Source: Alphaproteobacteria bacterium
GTDB taxonomy: Bacteria; Pseudomonadota; Alphaproteobacteria; UBA828
Assembly: GCA_965220745.1 (NCBI GenBank)
Contig: CBDCQT010000010.1
Location: forward strand, 384,001-448,000
Reading direction: 5' to 3'
Length of the DNA: 64,000 bases
How positions within the stretch are numbered: the stretch's first letter is position 1; every line of letters starts with the position of its first letter. Positions 1-12,055 of this stretch are shown piece by piece. A program made the position numbers and the translations under genes. The notes beneath the pieces were generated by a model that did no database searches, was not told the origin of the DNA, and saw only the letters and a list, made by a program, of their open reading frames with translations.

Positions 1-72
1 GCGCTGGAGCACATGTTCCGCGGCCGGATCGAGCGCCTGTTCGCGCGCCGCGCGCGGGCGGTGGCGGCATAG
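1..72 (+). CDS. 3' end of a gene, probably the first ABC permease of the nucleoside/sugar transporter (partial)
   Basis: Frame +1 reads ALEHMFRGRIERLFARRARAVAA* and stops 2 nt before the next permease ATG. Confidence 0.55.
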   Translation, partial: ALEHMFRGRIERLFARRARAVAA

Positions 73-74
73 CC

Positions 75-1046
75 ATGGAGGCGATCACCTGGATCGTCCT
101 CGTCATCGACGCGACGCTGCGCGTCTCGACGCCGCTCATCCTCGCCGCCTTCGCCGGAATGTTCGCAGAGCGCTCGGGCGTGGTCGATATCGGACTCGAA
201 GGCAAGATGCTTGGGGCGGCCTTCGCCGCCGCGGCGGCGGCGTTCGCCACCGGCTCTGCGTGGCTCGGCCTGCTCGCCGGCATGGGCGCCTCGGTGGGGC
301 TCGCGATGATCCACGCCTTCGCCTGCGTCACCCACCGGGGTGATCAGGTGGTCTCGGGTATGGCGCTCAACATCCTGGTGGCGGGGCTAGGGCCGGTGCT
401 CTCGCTCGCCTGGTTCGGGCAGGGTGGGCACACGCCGATCGTGGCGGACGCGGCGCGCTTCCGTCCGATCCACTTCCCCTTCGCCGACCGGCTGAGCGAC
501 GTGCCCTTTATCGGCCAGATCTATTCGGAGATCGTGAGCGGCCACAACCTGATCGTCTATATCGCGCTCGGCATGGTCCCGCTCGCGGCGTGGTTCATCT
601 ATAAGACCCGCTTCGGGCTGAGACTCCGCGCGGTCGGCGAGGCGCCGGAGGCGGTGGACACCGCCGGCATCTCCGTCGCCGGCATGCGCTACCGGGCGAT
701 GATCGTCTGCGGCATCCTCTGCGGCGTCGCCGGCACGTCGCTCTCGATCGCCCAGAACGCGCTCTTCGTGCGCGACATGAGCGCGGGCATGGGCTACCTC
801 GCGCTCGCTGCGCTGATCTTCGGCAAGTGGCGCCCGGTGCCGACCCTCTTCGCCTGCTTCCTCTTCGCCTTCGCCGATGCCGTGCAGGCCAGGCTGCAAG
901 GGGTGGATATCCCCGGCGTCGGCATCATCCCGGTGCAGGCGATCCAGGCGCTCCCCTATCTGCTCACGGTGCTGCTGCTCGCGGGCTTCGTCGGCAAGGC
1001 GGTGCCGCCCAAGGCGAGCGGTGTTCCCTATGTGAAGGAGCGTTGA
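75..1046 (+). CDS. ABC transporter permease, nucleoside/simple-sugar (BPD_transp_2) type
   Basis: Hydrophobic; ERSGVVDIGLEG, TRFGLRLRAVGE and GYLALAALIFGKW motifs. Confidence 0.9.
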   Translation: MEAITWIVLVIDATLRVSTPLILAAFAGMFAERSGVVDIGLEGKMLGAAFAAAAAAFATGSAWLGLLAGMGASVGLAMIHAFACVTHRGDQVVSGMALNILVAGLGPVLSLAWFGQGGHTPIVADAARFRPIHFPFADRLSDVPFIGQIYSEIVSGHNLIVYIALGMVPLAAWFIYKTRFGLRLRAVGEAPEAVDTAGISVAGMRYRAMIVCGILCGVAGTSLSIAQNALFVRDMSAGMGYLALAALIFGKWRPVPTLFACFLFAFADAVQARLQGVDIPGVGIIPVQAIQALPYLLTVLLLAGFVGKAVPPKASGVPYVKER

Positions 1047-1073
1047 GGAGCGCCGCCGGCGGGACGGCAGCCG

Positions 1074-2471
1074 TCAGTCGCCGGTAAGCAGGCGCTCCAC
1101 CAGCTGGCGCACGGTGGGGATGAAGCGGTTCGAGTAGAAGGGATCGTCCGCAAACCGGAAGGCCGCGTGGCCGGCAAACATGAGCTGGTTGTCGATATCC
1201 TCGCCGTGGATGATCTCCTGCAGCGTCTTCTGGATGCAGTAGCTGCGAGGATCGGTCTTCTTGCCGGTCGAGCCCGTCTCGTTGGTCGCCCAGTTGCTGA
1301 ACCGGCAGGCGCTGAGGCAACCCATACAGGCGGCCTGATCGGCCCTGATCTCGCGCGCCTTCTCGTCCGTGACGAAGATGATCGTGGTCTCAGGGGTCTT
1401 CATCACGGAGGTGAAGCCCTCGTCCATCCACAACTCTGCCCGCTTCAAATCGCCCTTGGTCACATAGAAAGAGCGCCCGCGCGGCCCCGGGGTGAATTTC
1501 TGGTCGTGGTCGCCGATGGGCTCGGCGGTGTAGGCAACCTGCCGCTGCTCGCGCTCGGCAAGCTCGTGGATAAAGTCGTTGCGCACAGCCGAAGAGTAGA
1601 AGCCGGTGGGGCTGAAGCGGTTGAGCTTCACGTCCCCTTCCTGCATGGACAGCAGCTTGCGCTTCCAGCGCTCGGAGATCGGGCTCTCTTCGGTCACCAG
1701 TGGGCGGGTGCCAAACTGGAAGACGACGGGACCGAGCTCAGGGTTGTCGAGCCAATCCTCCCAGTCGCGCAGGTACCAGACGCCGCCTGCCATCACGATC
1801 GGCACGTCGTCGAGGCCGTACTCACGCATCTGCTGGCGCAGCGCCACCACCCGAGGATAGGCGGGCTCGGGCTGTTCGGGATCCTCGCTGTTGGAGAGGC
1901 CATTGTGACCGCCGGCGCGCCAGGGGTCCTCGTAGACCACGCCGCCCATCCAGTCCGAGAAGCGATGGTAGGCGCGCCTCCAGAGCGCGCGGAACGCCCG
2001 CGCCGACGAGATGATCGGGTAGTACTGGACATCGTACTGCGCAGCTACCTCGGCCAAGCGGTATGGCATGCCGGCGCCGCAGGTCACGCCGTGAATGATG
2101 CCGCGCGTGGCCTCGAGAATGCCGTGGAGGATGCGCTCGGCGGCGGCCATCTCCCACAGCACGTTCATGTGGAGCCGGCCGTCGCCGCCGGAGACGTCGT
2201 GGGCGATGCGCGCCTGGGCGATGCCGCCCCTGATCGCGTAATCGACCAGCTCCTCGTGCCGTTCCTTGCGAGTGCGACCGCGATAGGTCTGCGGAATCGC
2301 CCGGCCGTGCTCGTCGTAGTAGTCGGCATTGACGCCGGAGAAGGTGCCGACGCCGCCGGCGGCGGCCCAGGCGCCGGAGCTCAGGCCGTTGGTCACGCCG
2401 ATACCCTTGCCGCCCTCGATCAAGGGCAGGACATCGCGCCCCGACAACCTGATTGCGTTCAACGCCTTCAT
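1074..2471 (-). CDS. Nitronate monooxygenase / 2-nitropropane dioxygenase-family flavoprotein
   Basis: LIEGGKGIG, GVTCGAGMP, AGGHNGLS, MAGGVW, FQFGTR motifs and a CMGCLSAC cluster; position downstream of pnp is typical of Alphaproteobacteria. Confidence 0.85.
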   Translation of the reverse strand: MKALNAIRLSGRDVLPLIEGGKGIGVTNGLSSGAWAAAGGVGTFSGVNADYYDEHGRAIPQTYRGRTRKERHEELVDYAIRGGIAQARIAHDVSGGDGRLHMNVLWEMAAAERILHGILEATRGIIHGVTCGAGMPYRLAEVAAQYDVQYYPIISSARAFRALWRRAYHRFSDWMGGVVYEDPWRAGGHNGLSNSEDPEQPEPAYPRVVALRQQMREYGLDDVPIVMAGGVWYLRDWEDWLDNPELGPVVFQFGTRPLVTEESPISERWKRKLLSMQEGDVKLNRFSPTGFYSSAVRNDFIHELAEREQRQVAYTAEPIGDHDQKFTPGPRGRSFYVTKGDLKRAELWMDEGFTSVMKTPETTIIFVTDEKAREIRADQAACMGCLSACRFSNWATNETGSTGKKTDPRSYCIQKTLQEIIHGEDIDNQLMFAGHAAFRFADDPFYSNRFIPTVRQLVERLLTGD

Positions 2472-2538
2472 GGTCGGTCCATCCGCCGTTGCGCCTGGCT
2501 CGATCCGCTCGCTGCAGCAGCGCAGGGCAGCGAGCTGG

Positions 2539-2577
2539 CGCCGCCGCTACACCGCGATGTGGGCGGCAGCGGCGGCG
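2539..2577. terminator. GC-rich stem-loop downstream of pnp (possible terminator or processing stem)
   Basis: CGCCGCCGCT (2539-2548) pairs with AGCGGCGGCG (2568-2577); no clear U-tract on the - strand. Confidence 0.3.
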
Positions 2578-2610
2578 TTTGCAAGGTGTCGCTTCTCCTG
2601 GCGGCTTTCC

Positions 2611-4737
2611 CTACCCGGCCTGTGCCGTCTCCTCCGCCGCGCTCAGGTCCTCTCCGCTCTCCTGGTTCACGGCCCTCATGCTCAGCTTGACCTTACCGCG
2701 ATCGTCGATACCGAGCACCTTCACTTTGACGTTATCGCCTTCGCTCAGCACGTCGCTCACGCTCTTGATCCGGCGTGGCGCGATCTCGCTGATGTGCACG
2801 AGGCCGTCGCGCTTGCCGATGAAGTTCACGAAGGCGCCGAAGTCGACGATCTTGACCACCTTGCCGTCGTAGATCACGCCGACCTCGGGCTCGGCCACGA
2901 TATCGCGGATCATGTTGATCGCGGCCTTCGCCGCCTCGCCCTCGACCGCCGCCACCTTGATGGTGCCATCGTCCTCGATGTCGATCTTGGTCCCGGTGGT
3001 CTCGCAAATCTCGCGGATGACCTTGCCGCCGGGCCCGATGACCTCGCGGATGCGGTCCTTCGGGATCGAGAAGGTGGTGATGCGGGGCGCATTGTCGCTC
3101 ACACTGTCGCGTGCGTGCGCGAGCGCCTTCGCCATCTCGCCGAGGATGTGCAGCCGGCCGTCGCGCGCCTGGGCGAGCGCGGTGCGCATGATCTCCTCGG
3201 TGATGCTGGTGATCTTGATGTCCATCTGCAGCGAGGTGATGCCCTGCTCCGTGCCGGCCACCTTGAAGTCCATGTCGCCGAGATGGTCCTCGTCGCCGAG
3301 GATGTCGGAGAGCACCGCGAAGCGGTCCTCGTCCTTGATCAGCCCCATGGCGATGCCGGCGACCGGCCGGGCGAGCGGAACGCCCGCATCCATCAGCGAG
3401 AGCGAGGCCCCGCACACCGTCGCCATCGACGACGAGCCGTTGGACTCCGTGATCTCCGAGACCACGCGGATGGTGTAGGGGAACGCCTCGGCGTCGGGCA
3501 GGAGCGGATGGACCGCCCGCCAGGCGAGCTTGCCGTGGCCGATCTCGCGCCGGCCGGGGCCGCGCAGGAAGCGCGCCTCGCCCACCGAATAGGGCGGGAA
3601 GTTGTAGTGCAGCATGAAGCGCTCGCGGTACTCGCCCTCGAGCATGTCCATGATCTGCTCGTCCTGGCCGGTGCCGAGGGTCGCCGTGGCGAGCGCCTGG
3701 GTCTCGCCGCGCGTGAAGAGCGCCGAGCCGTGGCTGCGAGGCAGCACACCCACTTCGCACTCGATGGTGCGAACGTCGCTGGTGGTGCGGCCGTCGATGC
3801 GCACGCCACTGTCGAGGATCTGGCCGCGCACGATTTCCTTCTCGAGCGAACTCAGCGTGCCGTCGAGGATGCCGGCAGCGCCGTCGTCCTCGCGGAACTG
3901 CGCCGCAGTCTCGGACTTCGCGGCCGCCACCTTGTCCTGCCGCTCGGTCTTGCCGGCGACCGAATAGGCCGTGCGCAGCGAGGCCTCGGCGCTCGCGCGA
4001 ATCCGCTCGACGAGAGCCGTATCCACCTCTTCCTCGGGCAGCTCCCAGGGCTCCTTCGCGCAGGCCTCGGCAAGGCTGATGATGGCCTCGATCACCGGCT
4101 TGACCGCCTCGTGACCGAAGGTCACCGCACCCAGCATCTGGTCCTCGGAGAGCTCGGATGCCTCCGATTCGACCATGAGCACACCCTCCTGGGTGCCGGC
4201 CATGACCAGATCGAGGTCGGAGGCCGCGCGCTGCTCGTAGGTCGGGTTCAACACATAGGCGCCGTCCGCGAAGCCGACCCGGCAACCCCCGATCGGCCCC
4301 ATGAAGGGCAGACCTGAGATGGTGAGCGCAGCCGAGGCACCGACCATGGCGACGATGTCGGAATCGTTGACCAGGTCGTGCGAGAGCACCGTGCAGATGA
4401 CCTGGGTTTCGTTACGAAACGACTTGACGAAGAGGGGCCGGAGAGGCCGGTCGATGAGACGCGAAACCAGAGTTTCCTTCTCGCTGGGGCGCCCTTCGCG
4501 CTTGAAAAAGCCGCCCGGAATCTTGCCAGCGGCGAAAGCCTTCTCCTCATAGTTGACTGTCAGTGGGAAGAAATCCTGGCCCTCCCGCGCGGTACGTTGG
4601 CCGACGACGGTGCAGAGCACCGCGGTTTCGCCGTAGCTCGCGAGGACGGCGCCATCCGCCTGGCGGGCGATGCGCCCGGTTTCGAGGACGAGCTTGCGCT
4701 CGCCCCACATGACCTCACGACGTGTGATATCGAACAT
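2611..4737 (-). CDS. pnp: Polyribonucleotide nucleotidyltransferase (PNPase)
   Basis: [45 protein letters not shown]; KH and S1 domains at the C-terminus. Confidence 0.98.
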   Translation of the reverse strand: MFDITRREVMWGERKLVLETGRIARQADGAVLASYGETAVLCTVVGQRTAREGQDFFPLTVNYEEKAFAAGKIPGGFFKREGRPSEKETLVSRLIDRPLRPLFVKSFRNETQVICTVLSHDLVNDSDIVAMVGASAALTISGLPFMGPIGGCRVGFADGAYVLNPTYEQRAASDLDLVMAGTQEGVLMVESEASELSEDQMLGAVTFGHEAVKPVIEAIISLAEACAKEPWELPEEEVDTALVERIRASAEASLRTAYSVAGKTERQDKVAAAKSETAAQFREDDGAAGILDGTLSSLEKEIVRGQILDSGVRIDGRTTSDVRTIECEVGVLPRSHGSALFTRGETQALATATLGTGQDEQIMDMLEGEYRERFMLHYNFPPYSVGEARFLRGPGRREIGHGKLAWRAVHPLLPDAEAFPYTIRVVSEITESNGSSSMATVCGASLSLMDAGVPLARPVAGIAMGLIKDEDRFAVLSDILGDEDHLGDMDFKVAGTEQGITSLQMDIKITSITEEIMRTALAQARDGRLHILGEMAKALAHARDSVSDNAPRITTFSIPKDRIREVIGPGGKVIREICETTGTKIDIEDDGTIKVAAVEGEAAKAAINMIRDIVAEPEVGVIYDGKVVKIVDFGAFVNFIGKRDGLVHISEIAPRRIKSVSDVLSEGDNVKVKVLGIDDRGKVKLSMRAVNQESGEDLSAAEETAQAG

Positions 4738-4883
4738 ATTGTTTCCTTCGTTCCGGTGGCGAGCCGCCCATTCGGCTCGCCCCTACACAGGTGCAACGTC
4801 GGCGGCGGCGGCCCATGCCGCGCCTCCCGACGTGCCCTCTTGACCCGCGTGCCGCATCCCGGCGGATCACGCGACTGCCAATG

Positions 4884-5153
4884 CTATTTGCGCAAACCCA
4901 ACCGCTGAATCACGGTGGAATAGCGCTCCTGATCGTTGCGCTTGAGATAGTCGAGCAGGCGGCGCCTGCGGCTGACCATCTTCAGGAGGCCCTGCCTCGA
5001 ATGGAGGTCCTTCTTGTGGCTCCGAAAATGCTCGGTCAGGTTGTTGATCCGCTCAGTCAGGATCGCGACCTGTACCTCCGGCGAGCCGGTATCGTTGGTC
5101 TTGGTTGCGTACTCCGATATCAGCTCGGTCTTCCGCGCCGCGGTGATCGACAT
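4884..5153 (-). CDS. rpsO: 30S ribosomal protein S15
   Basis: MSITAARK...[16 protein letters not shown]...[15 protein letters not shown]; start moved to the ATG at 5153. Confidence 0.97.
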   Translation of the reverse strand: MSITAARKTELISEYATKTNDTGSPEVQVAILTERINNLTEHFRSHKKDLHSRQGLLKMVSRRRRLLDYLKRNDQERYSTVIQRLGLRK

Positions 5154-5169
5154 CTGGCTACTCCGCTTG

Positions 5170-6066
5170 TCACATGTTGAAGACCCGCAACGGGCGGGCC
5201 CGGCCCGCGCCGACTTCGGCCAGCGCCACAAGCCGGGACCCGGCAACGGCGCGGACCCTTCCGGGTGCGGCACCGGGCGCGGGCACTGGCTGGCCGTGGC
5301 GCAGGCGATCCGCCTCGCACGCGGTCAGAAGCAGAGCCGGGATGTCGGCCAGCACTGCATCGACCGGTCGCAGGCTTTCGGCGAGGGCCAGACTATGCCC
5401 GAGCGCGACCAGTTTATCCAGCGGATTCGCATCCTCGTCGGTGAACGGCCCGACCGCGGCGCGGTGGAGCCAGCTGACGTAACCGACCGTCCCCGTCGCG
5501 CGGGCGATGTCGCGGGCCAGCGCCCTCACGTAAGTGCCCTTGCCGCACTCGACCGCGAAGGTGGCGCCGTCGTTATCGGCCTCGATCAGCGTCAGGCTCT
5601 CGATGTGGACCGTACGCGGCGCGAGCTCCGGCGGCCTGCCCTGGCGCGCGAGCGCATAGGCACGCTCGCCGCCGACCTTGAGGGCCGAGAACGCGGGCGG
5701 CACCTGCTCGATTCGGCCGATGAAGGCCGGCAATGCGTTCTCGATAACCTCCGTGGGCGGGCGGTGCGCGCTTGTCTCGATCACCGTGCCCTCGGCATCG
5801 TCCGTATCGCGCTGCTCGCCCCAGCGCACGCCGAAGCGGTAGCGTTTTGGCGCATCCATCATGAAGGAGACCGTCTTGGTGGCCTCGCCGATCGCCACCG
5901 GCAGCACGCCAGTCGCCATCGGGTCGAGCGTGCCAGCGTGGCCCACCTTCGCCCCGCGGCCAATCAGGGACTTGATGCGGGAGACGGCTGCCGCAGAGGT
6001 GATCCCGTGCGGCTTGTCCACCACCAACCAGCCGTGAGGGCCGCGCGTGGGCGTGCCGTCAGTCAT
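5170..6066 (-). CDS. truB: tRNA pseudouridine(55) synthase
   Basis: [47 protein letters not shown]. Confidence 0.96.
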   Translation of the reverse strand: MTDGTPTRGPHGWLVVDKPHGITSAAAVSRIKSLIGRGAKVGHAGTLDPMATGVLPVAIGEATKTVSFMMDAPKRYRFGVRWGEQRDTDDAEGTVIETSAHRPPTEVIENALPAFIGRIEQVPPAFSALKVGGERAYALARQGRPPELAPRTVHIESLTLIEADNDGATFAVECGKGTYVRALARDIARATGTVGYVSWLHRAAVGPFTDEDANPLDKLVALGHSLALAESLRPVDAVLADIPALLLTACEADRLRHGQPVPAPGAAPGRVRAVAGSRLVALAEVGAGRARPLRVFNM

Positions 6067-6442
6067 CGGCGCTCTCGTTTGCGCCGAGCAGCCTGTCGAT
6101 GCGTTGCACATGCTCGAAGCTGCGGTCGATCTCGAAGCTGAGCGACGGCGAGAACTTGAGCCGGACCCGGCGGTTCACCTCGCCGCGCAGGTAGCCGGCG
6201 GCGCGCTGCAAGGCGTCGACCGCCTCGCCCACCCGCTCGCCGCCGAGCGGCATCACATAGACCTTGGCGGAGCGCAGATCCGGCGCTGGCCGAACCTCGG
6301 TCACGGTGAAGCGCATCTCGCTCAACACGGGATCGCGGAACTCGCCGCGGGCGAGCGACTCAGACAGCGCTTCCCGAATCAGCTCGCCGACTCGCCGCTG
6401 CCGCTGGCTCGGCTCACCGGCCTTGCCGCTTCTCCTCGTCAT
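6059..6442 (-). CDS. rbfA: Ribosome-binding factor A
   Basis: [36 protein letters not shown]; lies between infB and truB. Confidence 0.95.
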   Translation of the reverse strand: MTRRSGKAGEPSQRQRRVGELIREALSESLARGEFRDPVLSEMRFTVTEVRPAPDLRSAKVYVMPLGGERVGEAVDALQRAAGYLRGEVNRRVRLKFSPSLSFEIDRSFEHVQRIDRLLGANESADD

Positions 6443-6463
6443 CGATCGTTGGACAGGCGCGCC

Positions 6464-9109
6464 CTAAGCCTCGAGCGTGCGCGCGACCTCCTCGATCTCA
6501 TAGAGCTCGATGACGTCGCCTTCACGCAGGTCGGAGTGGTTCTCGAACGACATGCCGCACTCGTAGCCTTCCTTCACCTCGCGCACGTCGTCCTTGAAGC
6601 GCCGAAGCGTCTTGAGCGCACCGTCGTGGATGACCACATCGTCGCGCAGCAGCCGCGCCTTCGCGCCCCGGCGCACGAGGCCGTTGGTCACGCGGCAACC
6701 CGCCACCTTGCCCACGCGGCCGACCTCGAACACCTGGAGGATCTGGGCGCTGCCCATCGTCCGCTCGCGCGCCTCCGGGCGCAGCATCCCTTCGAGACTG
6801 GCCCTGATCTCGTCCACCACGTCGTAGATGACGGCGTGATAGCGAAGTTCGATGGCGCAGCGCGCCGCGAGTTCCCGCGCCTGCGCGTTGGCACGCACGT
6901 TGAAGCCGACGATGGTTGCGTCCGATGCGGCGGCGAGCGTCACGTCCGATTCGGTGATGCCGCCGACGCCCGAATGCAGCACGCGAACCGCCACTTCCTC
7001 CGTGCCGAGCCTGCCGAGCGCGCCGACCAGCGCCTCGACCGAGCCCTGGACGTCGGCCTTGATGACCAGGGGAAGCTCGCTCTTGCCTTCCTTCTCTTGG
7101 ATTTCCGAGAAGAGCTGCTCCAGGTTGAGCGGCGCGCCGCGCGCGACCTCCTTCTCCCTGGCGCGCGCCTGGCGGAACTCGGAGACCTCCCGCGCACGGC
7201 GCTCGTTCTCGACCACCACCACCTCGTCGCCGGCCAGGGGCACGCCGCTGAGCCCGAGAATCTCGACCGGCACCGCCGGCCCCGCCGCCTTGGCCGCGGC
7301 GCCGTGGTCGTCGTACATCGCCCGCACCCGGCCCCACTGCGCGCCGGCGACCACGATATCGCCAACGGTAAGCGTGCCGCGCTGAACCAGCACGGTGGCC
7401 ACCGCGCCGCGCCCGCGATCAACCTTGGCCTCGATCACGATGCCCTCGGCGGCGCGGTCCGGGTTGGCGCTGAGTTCGAGCAGCTCCGCCTGCAGCAGGA
7501 TCGCCTCCTCGAGCTTGTCGAGGTTCTGCTTCTCGGTCGCCGAAATCTCGACCGCGAGCACGTCGCCGCCCATCTCCTCGGTCACGATCTCGTGCTGGAG
7601 CAGGTCCTGGCGCACCCGGTTGGGGTCGGCGTCGGGCCGGTCGATCTTGTTGATGGCGATCAGCATCGGCACGCCCGCAGCACGCGCATGATTGATCGCT
7701 TCGGCGGTCTGCGGCATGACGCCGTCGTCCGCCGCGACCACGAGAACGACGATATCGGTCACGCTTGCGCCCCGCGCTCGCATCTCGGTGAAGGCGGCGT
7801 GGCCGGGCGTGTCGATGAAGGTGATGCGGGAGCCCTTCGGCGTCTCCACCTGGTAGGCGCCGATGTGCTGGGTGATCCCGCCCGCCTCGCCGGACACCAC
7901 GTCGCTGGAACGGATGGCGTCGAGCAGCGAGGTCTTGCCGTGATCGACATGGCCCATGACCGTGACCACGGGCGAGCGGGTGATCAGGGCCTCGTCGGTA
8001 TCGTCCTCGCCCTTGAGCCCGATCTCGACGTCGGCCTCGCTGACACGCCTCACCTTGTGGCCGAACTCCTCGACCACGAGCTGAGCGGTATCGGCGTCGA
8101 TCGACTGGGTGATGGTGACGACTGTGCCCATCTCCATCAGACGCTTCACGACCTCGGCGCCGCGCACGGCCATGCGGCTCGCGAGCTCCTGCACAGTGAT
8201 GGCCTCGGGAACCACGACCTCGCGCACAACCGGCTTGAGCTCGTCCGCGCGCATCGCCTCCCGCGCAAGGCGCTTCTCGCGCTCGCGCTGACGACGCAGC
8301 GACGCGAGGCTGCGTCCGCGCTGCTCGCCGACGGTGCCGTCGAGGGCCTCGGAAAGCGTGATCTTGCCGCCGCGCCGGCGCGGCTGGTCACGCCGCGAAG
8401 GAGTGGGGGGGCGGCGCTGCTCGCCGCGGCGGCGGGGCCTGCCGCGATCCTCTTCCGCCGGAGCCTCTCCAGGTCGGGCGGGCCGCGCTGCCGGCGCGGC
8501 TTCGGGAGCCGCGGCATCTTCCGGCTTGGGTTCTTCGGGCTGTGGAAGCCGGCGCGCGGCATCCTCTTCCGCCCGCTTGCGCGCATCTTCTTCGGCCTTG
8601 CGGCGGGCGTCCTCCTCGCTCTTCCGCCGTTCGGCCTCCGCGCGCTCGGCAGCGAGACGCTCTTCATCCGCAGCGCGCCGGCGGGCCTCTTCCTCCGCCC
8701 GCTCCCGCTCCTGACGCTCGGCGCGGATCGCGTCCTCGACCGCGCGTGCGCGTGCGGCCTTCTCGTCGGTCGTCAGCGTGCGGAGGACGACGCGAGAGCG
8801 TGGCGCCGTGGAGGTCTGCTGCACCTCCTCCTGAGGCGGCGGAGGCGTTGCCTCGGCCACCGGCTCGGTCGGCGGCGGCTTGGGCGCCGGCGCTCTTGCC
8901 TTGGGCGCCGCCACACCGTCCGCAGCGGCGCCACGCTTCAGCGTTCGCTTCTTGCGAACCTCGACGGCGACGGCCCGGCTGCGGCCGTGCGAGAAGCTCT
9001 GCCGAACCTGGCCGGCATCGACCGTCTTCTTGAGCTCGAGCCGCCCCGGACGCTTCAGCGACAGGGGCTTGCGCCGCTCTTGATCACCGGCTTCGGTTTC
9101 GTCAGTCAT
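6464..9109 (-). CDS. infB: Translation initiation factor IF-2
   Basis: [11 protein letters not shown]-terminus; [34 protein letters not shown] GTPase motifs. Confidence 0.98.
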   Translation of the reverse strand: MTDETEAGDQERRKPLSLKRPGRLELKKTVDAGQVRQSFSHGRSRAVAVEVRKKRTLKRGAAADGVAAPKARAPAPKPPPTEPVAEATPPPPQEEVQQTSTAPRSRVVLRTLTTDEKAARARAVEDAIRAERQERERAEEEARRRAADEERLAAERAEAERRKSEEDARRKAEEDARKRAEEDAARRLPQPEEPKPEDAAAPEAAPAARPARPGEAPAEEDRGRPRRRGEQRRPPTPSRRDQPRRRGGKITLSEALDGTVGEQRGRSLASLRRQREREKRLAREAMRADELKPVVREVVVPEAITVQELASRMAVRGAEVVKRLMEMGTVVTITQSIDADTAQLVVEEFGHKVRRVSEADVEIGLKGEDDTDEALITRSPVVTVMGHVDHGKTSLLDAIRSSDVVSGEAGGITQHIGAYQVETPKGSRITFIDTPGHAAFTEMRARGASVTDIVVLVVAADDGVMPQTAEAINHARAAGVPMLIAINKIDRPDADPNRVRQDLLQHEIVTEEMGGDVLAVEISATEKQNLDKLEEAILLQAELLELSANPDRAAEGIVIEAKVDRGRGAVATVLVQRGTLTVGDIVVAGAQWGRVRAMYDDHGAAAKAAGPAVPVEILGLSGVPLAGDEVVVVENERRAREVSEFRQARAREKEVARGAPLNLEQLFSEIQEKEGKSELPLVIKADVQGSVEALVGALGRLGTEEVAVRVLHSGVGGITESDVTLAAASDATIVGFNVRANAQARELAARCAIELRYHAVIYDVVDEIRASLEGMLRPEARERTMGSAQILQVFEVGRVGKVAGCRVTNGLVRRGAKARLLRDDVVIHDGALKTLRRFKDDVREVKEGYECGMSFENHSDLREGDVIELYEIEEVARTLEA

Positions 9110-9735
9110 CACGCCATGTCCCGATCGCCGGAAATTCCGCACACACCGGCAAGCCGAGCGGATTCCCGAAGGAAGCGATCGGCAAGGCGGCCAGGTGCCA
9201 GCGCGGCGTGCACTACATTCTCACGCCCCAGGCTGCGGCTCAACGCGGCGCCATCGAATTGCGCAATCACGGGAATGTCCCGCGCGAGCGCACCGAGGCG
9301 CGCCCGGCCGTGCCGCGCGCCGTCGCTCGCTTCCACGAGGACAGCCACGCGGCGCTCGATAAGCGCGCGCTGCACCTTGTCGAAGCCCGTGACCAGCGCG
9401 CCTGCGCGGCGTGCCAGCCCGAGAATATCCAGCGCCCGCGCGGTCAACTGACGCTCCACCTCGTCGATCAGATTGGGCGCGACGGCGATCGGCCGGCGCG
9501 CGGCGCGGGCGAACAGGCCACGGTCGCAGGCCTTTTCCAGCGCGGCACGCTCGGCAGAGACCCAGAGCCCCCGGCCCGGCAGCGTCTCGCCCAGGTCCGG
9601 CACCAACGCGCCAGCCGGATCGACCACGAAGCGCAGAAGCGCGTCGCGGGGTTTGCTGGCGCCACTCGCGATGCAGCGCCGGGAGCCGGCATCCGGCGAG
9701 GCCGGGCGGTCTTTCATGTGTGCCGATGCGGTCAA
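9109..9735 (-). CDS. YlxR/DUF448 RNA-binding protein fused to an L7Ae-like domain
   Basis: [22 protein letters not shown], then [15 protein letters not shown]; between nusA and infB. Start could also be the ATG at 9717. Confidence 0.88.
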   Translation of the reverse strand: MTASAHMKDRPASPDAGSRRCIASGASKPRDALLRFVVDPAGALVPDLGETLPGRGLWVSAERAALEKACDRGLFARAARRPIAVAPNLIDEVERQLTARALDILGLARRAGALVTGFDKVQRALIERRVAVLVEASDGARHGRARLGALARDIPVIAQFDGAALSRSLGRENVVHAALAPGRLADRFLRESARLAGVCGISGDRDMA

Positions 9736-11354
9736 ACGTTCGGTCTCTCGTGCTCCTCGGCGACGGTCTCGGCGACATCGCCGGCCTCGGCCGCCTCGTC
9801 GGCTTCACCGGCCTCGCCGGCCTCCGCACCATCCATCGGCTCTTCGTCGTCGAACCAGTGGGCCCGCGCCATCATGATGACGGCATTGGCCTCCTCGATC
9901 GACGGTGCCAGGTCGCCCAGTATCTCTATGAGCTCGTCGCCGGCGAGATCGCCGAGATCGTCGAGCGTCTTGACCTCGTTCTCGCCAAGGGCGACGAGAA
10001 TTGCCGGGTCCAGGCCGTCGATGGCCGCGACCTCGTCGCTGACGCCAAGCTCGATTCGGCGCTCGTTGAGCTCCTTGTTCATCGCTTCGACGTAGGCCGC
10101 AGCGCGGCTCGAAAGCTCGGCCGCCAGCTCCTCCTCGAAGCCCTCGATCATGGCCAGCTCCTCGATCGGGACGTAGGCCACCTCGTCCACGGTGGAGAAC
10201 CCCTCCGTCACGAGCAGATGGGCGATCACGTCGTCGACGTCGAGGGCTTCCATGAACATCTCGGAGCGCGTGCGAAACTCCTCCTGGCGGCGTTCCGATT
10301 CCTCGGCCTCGGTCAGAATGTCGATGTCCCAGCCCGTGAGGTTGGATGCAAGCCGCACGTTCTGCCCGCGCCGGCCGATGGCGAGCGACAACTGCTCGTC
10401 CGGCACCACCACCTCGATGCGCTTCGCCTCTTCGTCGAGCACCACCTTGGTGACCTCGGCCGGCGCCAGCGCGTTGACGATGAAGGCGGCGGGATCGGGC
10501 GACCACTGGATGATGTCGATCTTCTCGCCCTGAAGCTCGCCGACCACGGCCTGCACGCGGGAGCCGCGCATGCCGACGCAGGCGCCGACGGGATCGATGC
10601 TGCTGTCGTTGGAGTGCACGGCGATCTTCGCGCGGCTGCCGGGGTCGCGCGCCACGGCATCGATCTCGATGATGCCGTCGTAGATTTCCGGCACCTCCTG
10701 GGCGAAGAGCTTGGCCATGAAGTTCGGGTGGGTGCGGGACATGAAGATCTGCGGCCCGCGCGGCTCACGGCGGACGTCGTAGATGTAGGCGCGTACCCGG
10801 TCGCCGTTGCGGAAGGATTCGCGCGGCAGCAGGTCCTCCCGGCGGATCACGGCTTCGGCCCGCCCGAGGTCGACGGTGAGCCCGCCGTACTCGGTGCGCT
10901 TGACGAGGCCGTTGGCGATCTCCTGCACGCGGTCCTTGTATTCCTCGTACTGACGCGCGCGCTCGGCCTCGCGCACCTTCTGGACGATCACCTGCTTCGC
11001 CGTCTGCGCCGCGATGCGGCCGAAGTCGATGGGCGGCAGCGGGTCCGCCAGGTAGTCGCCCACCTGCGCGGCCGGGTTGCGCTCCTGCGCCTCGCTCAGT
11101 GCAATCTGGGTGGCCTCGTTCTCGATCTCCTCGGCCACTTCGAGATAGCGCATCAGCTTGATTTCGCCGGTATCGCGGTCGATGTCGGTGCGGATGTCGT
11201 GCTCCTGGCCGTACTTCCGCTTTCCGGCGTGGGTGATGGCCTGCTCCATGGCCTCCAGCACGAGCTCGCGCTCGATGCCCTTCTCCCTGGCCACGGCATC
11301 CGCCACCTGGAGAAGCTCGAGACGGGCGAGGCCCGCAGTGTCGCCGTCCGCCAT
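9732..11354 (-). CDS. nusA: Transcription termination/antitermination factor NusA
   Basis: [52 protein letters not shown]; start at ATG 11354. Confidence 0.98.
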   Translation of the reverse strand: MADGDTAGLARLELLQVADAVAREKGIERELVLEAMEQAITHAGKRKYGQEHDIRTDIDRDTGEIKLMRYLEVAEEIENEATQIALSEAQERNPAAQVGDYLADPLPPIDFGRIAAQTAKQVIVQKVREAERARQYEEYKDRVQEIANGLVKRTEYGGLTVDLGRAEAVIRREDLLPRESFRNGDRVRAYIYDVRREPRGPQIFMSRTHPNFMAKLFAQEVPEIYDGIIEIDAVARDPGSRAKIAVHSNDSSIDPVGACVGMRGSRVQAVVGELQGEKIDIIQWSPDPAAFIVNALAPAEVTKVVLDEEAKRIEVVVPDEQLSLAIGRRGQNVRLASNLTGWDIDILTEAEESERRQEEFRTRSEMFMEALDVDDVIAHLLVTEGFSTVDEVAYVPIEELAMIEGFEEELAAELSSRAAAYVEAMNKELNERRIELGVSDEVAAIDGLDPAILVALGENEVKTLDDLGDLAGDELIEILGDLAPSIEEANAVIMMARAHWFDDEEPMDGAEAGEAGEADEAAEAGDVAETVAEEHERPNV

Positions 11355-11863
11355 CACACCCGCTCCGCCGCTTGGCTGGCCGCGATCAACTCGTCGGTCA
11401 ACACGAGCTTGGCCGCGCGAATCCCGTCGAATGGCAGCGAGACGTTCTGATCGTCCACGGTCATGCGAACGCACCCATCGCCGGCGCCCTGCAGCCGGCC
11501 GCGAAAGCGCCGTCGGCCCTCCAGCGGCTCGCTCATCTCCACCTTGGCCTCGAATCCGGCGAAGCGGGCGAAGTCGGCGAGCCGCACCAGCGGCCGGTCG
11601 ATGCCCGGCGAGCTCACCTCCAGCGCATAGTCGGCCGCCGGCAGGTTGTCGTTTTCGAATTGCGCGGAGAGGGCGCGGCTTGCCGCGGCGCAGTCGTCCA
11701 CGGTCAGCGGCACGCGGTCGGTCCGCTCGATCATCACCTGGAGCACCGTCTGCCTGCCCCCGCCGAGGCGGATTCGAACGACCTCATAGCCCATCGCCGC
11801 CAGCACCGGTGCAATCGCATGTTCGATCTGCCGTTCCGAGTCCACGTCTCGCGTCTTCGTCAT
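11354..11863 (-). CDS. rimP: Ribosome maturation factor RimP
   Basis: LTVDDCAAASR, YALEVSSPGIDRPL, AKLVLTDELI; upstream of nusA. Confidence 0.95.
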   Translation of the reverse strand: MTKTRDVDSERQIEHAIAPVLAAMGYEVVRIRLGGGRQTVLQVMIERTDRVPLTVDDCAAASRALSAQFENDNLPAADYALEVSSPGIDRPLVRLADFARFAGFEAKVEMSEPLEGRRRFRGRLQGAGDGCVRMTVDDQNVSLPFDGIRAAKLVLTDELIAASQAAERV

Positions 11864-11875
11864 ACCGCAGAACAG

Positions 11876-11902
11876 AAAAAAGGCGGGCCACCACTGCCCA
11901 CC
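11876..11902 (-). promoter_or_regulatory. rimP leader hairpin plus U-tract (attenuator-like)
   Basis: - strand GGTGGGC-AGTGGTG-GCCCGCC-TTTTTT just upstream of the rimP ATG; resembles the conserved rimP leader terminator. Confidence 0.65.
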
Positions 11903-12055
11903 ACAATCACTCAAACCCTGGGCACGCTCTTTGCCGCGCTCCTCACACCCCCGAAGAGCGCAGCGCCGCTAACCTATCGCGCTTTGTGGATTCTCTTCAA
12001 GGTGTTTCTCCCTGCCGCGCCCTCATCAACGCCTGCGAATTGCGGTAAGCCGCCG

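Noticed and set aside
1074-2471. Nitronate monooxygenase-like gene next to pnp as a novelty
   Set aside because: This adjacency is common in Alphaproteobacteria.
6047-9451. 1134-aa + strand ORF, and similar long ORFs at 2329-4317, 9411-11450, 40419-42773, 52995-54944 and 54706-57162
   Set aside because: Antisense shadows of well-recognised genes (infB, pnp, nusA, prpB/CoA-transferase, ilvD, valS); expected from high-GC codon bias, with no recognisable motifs.
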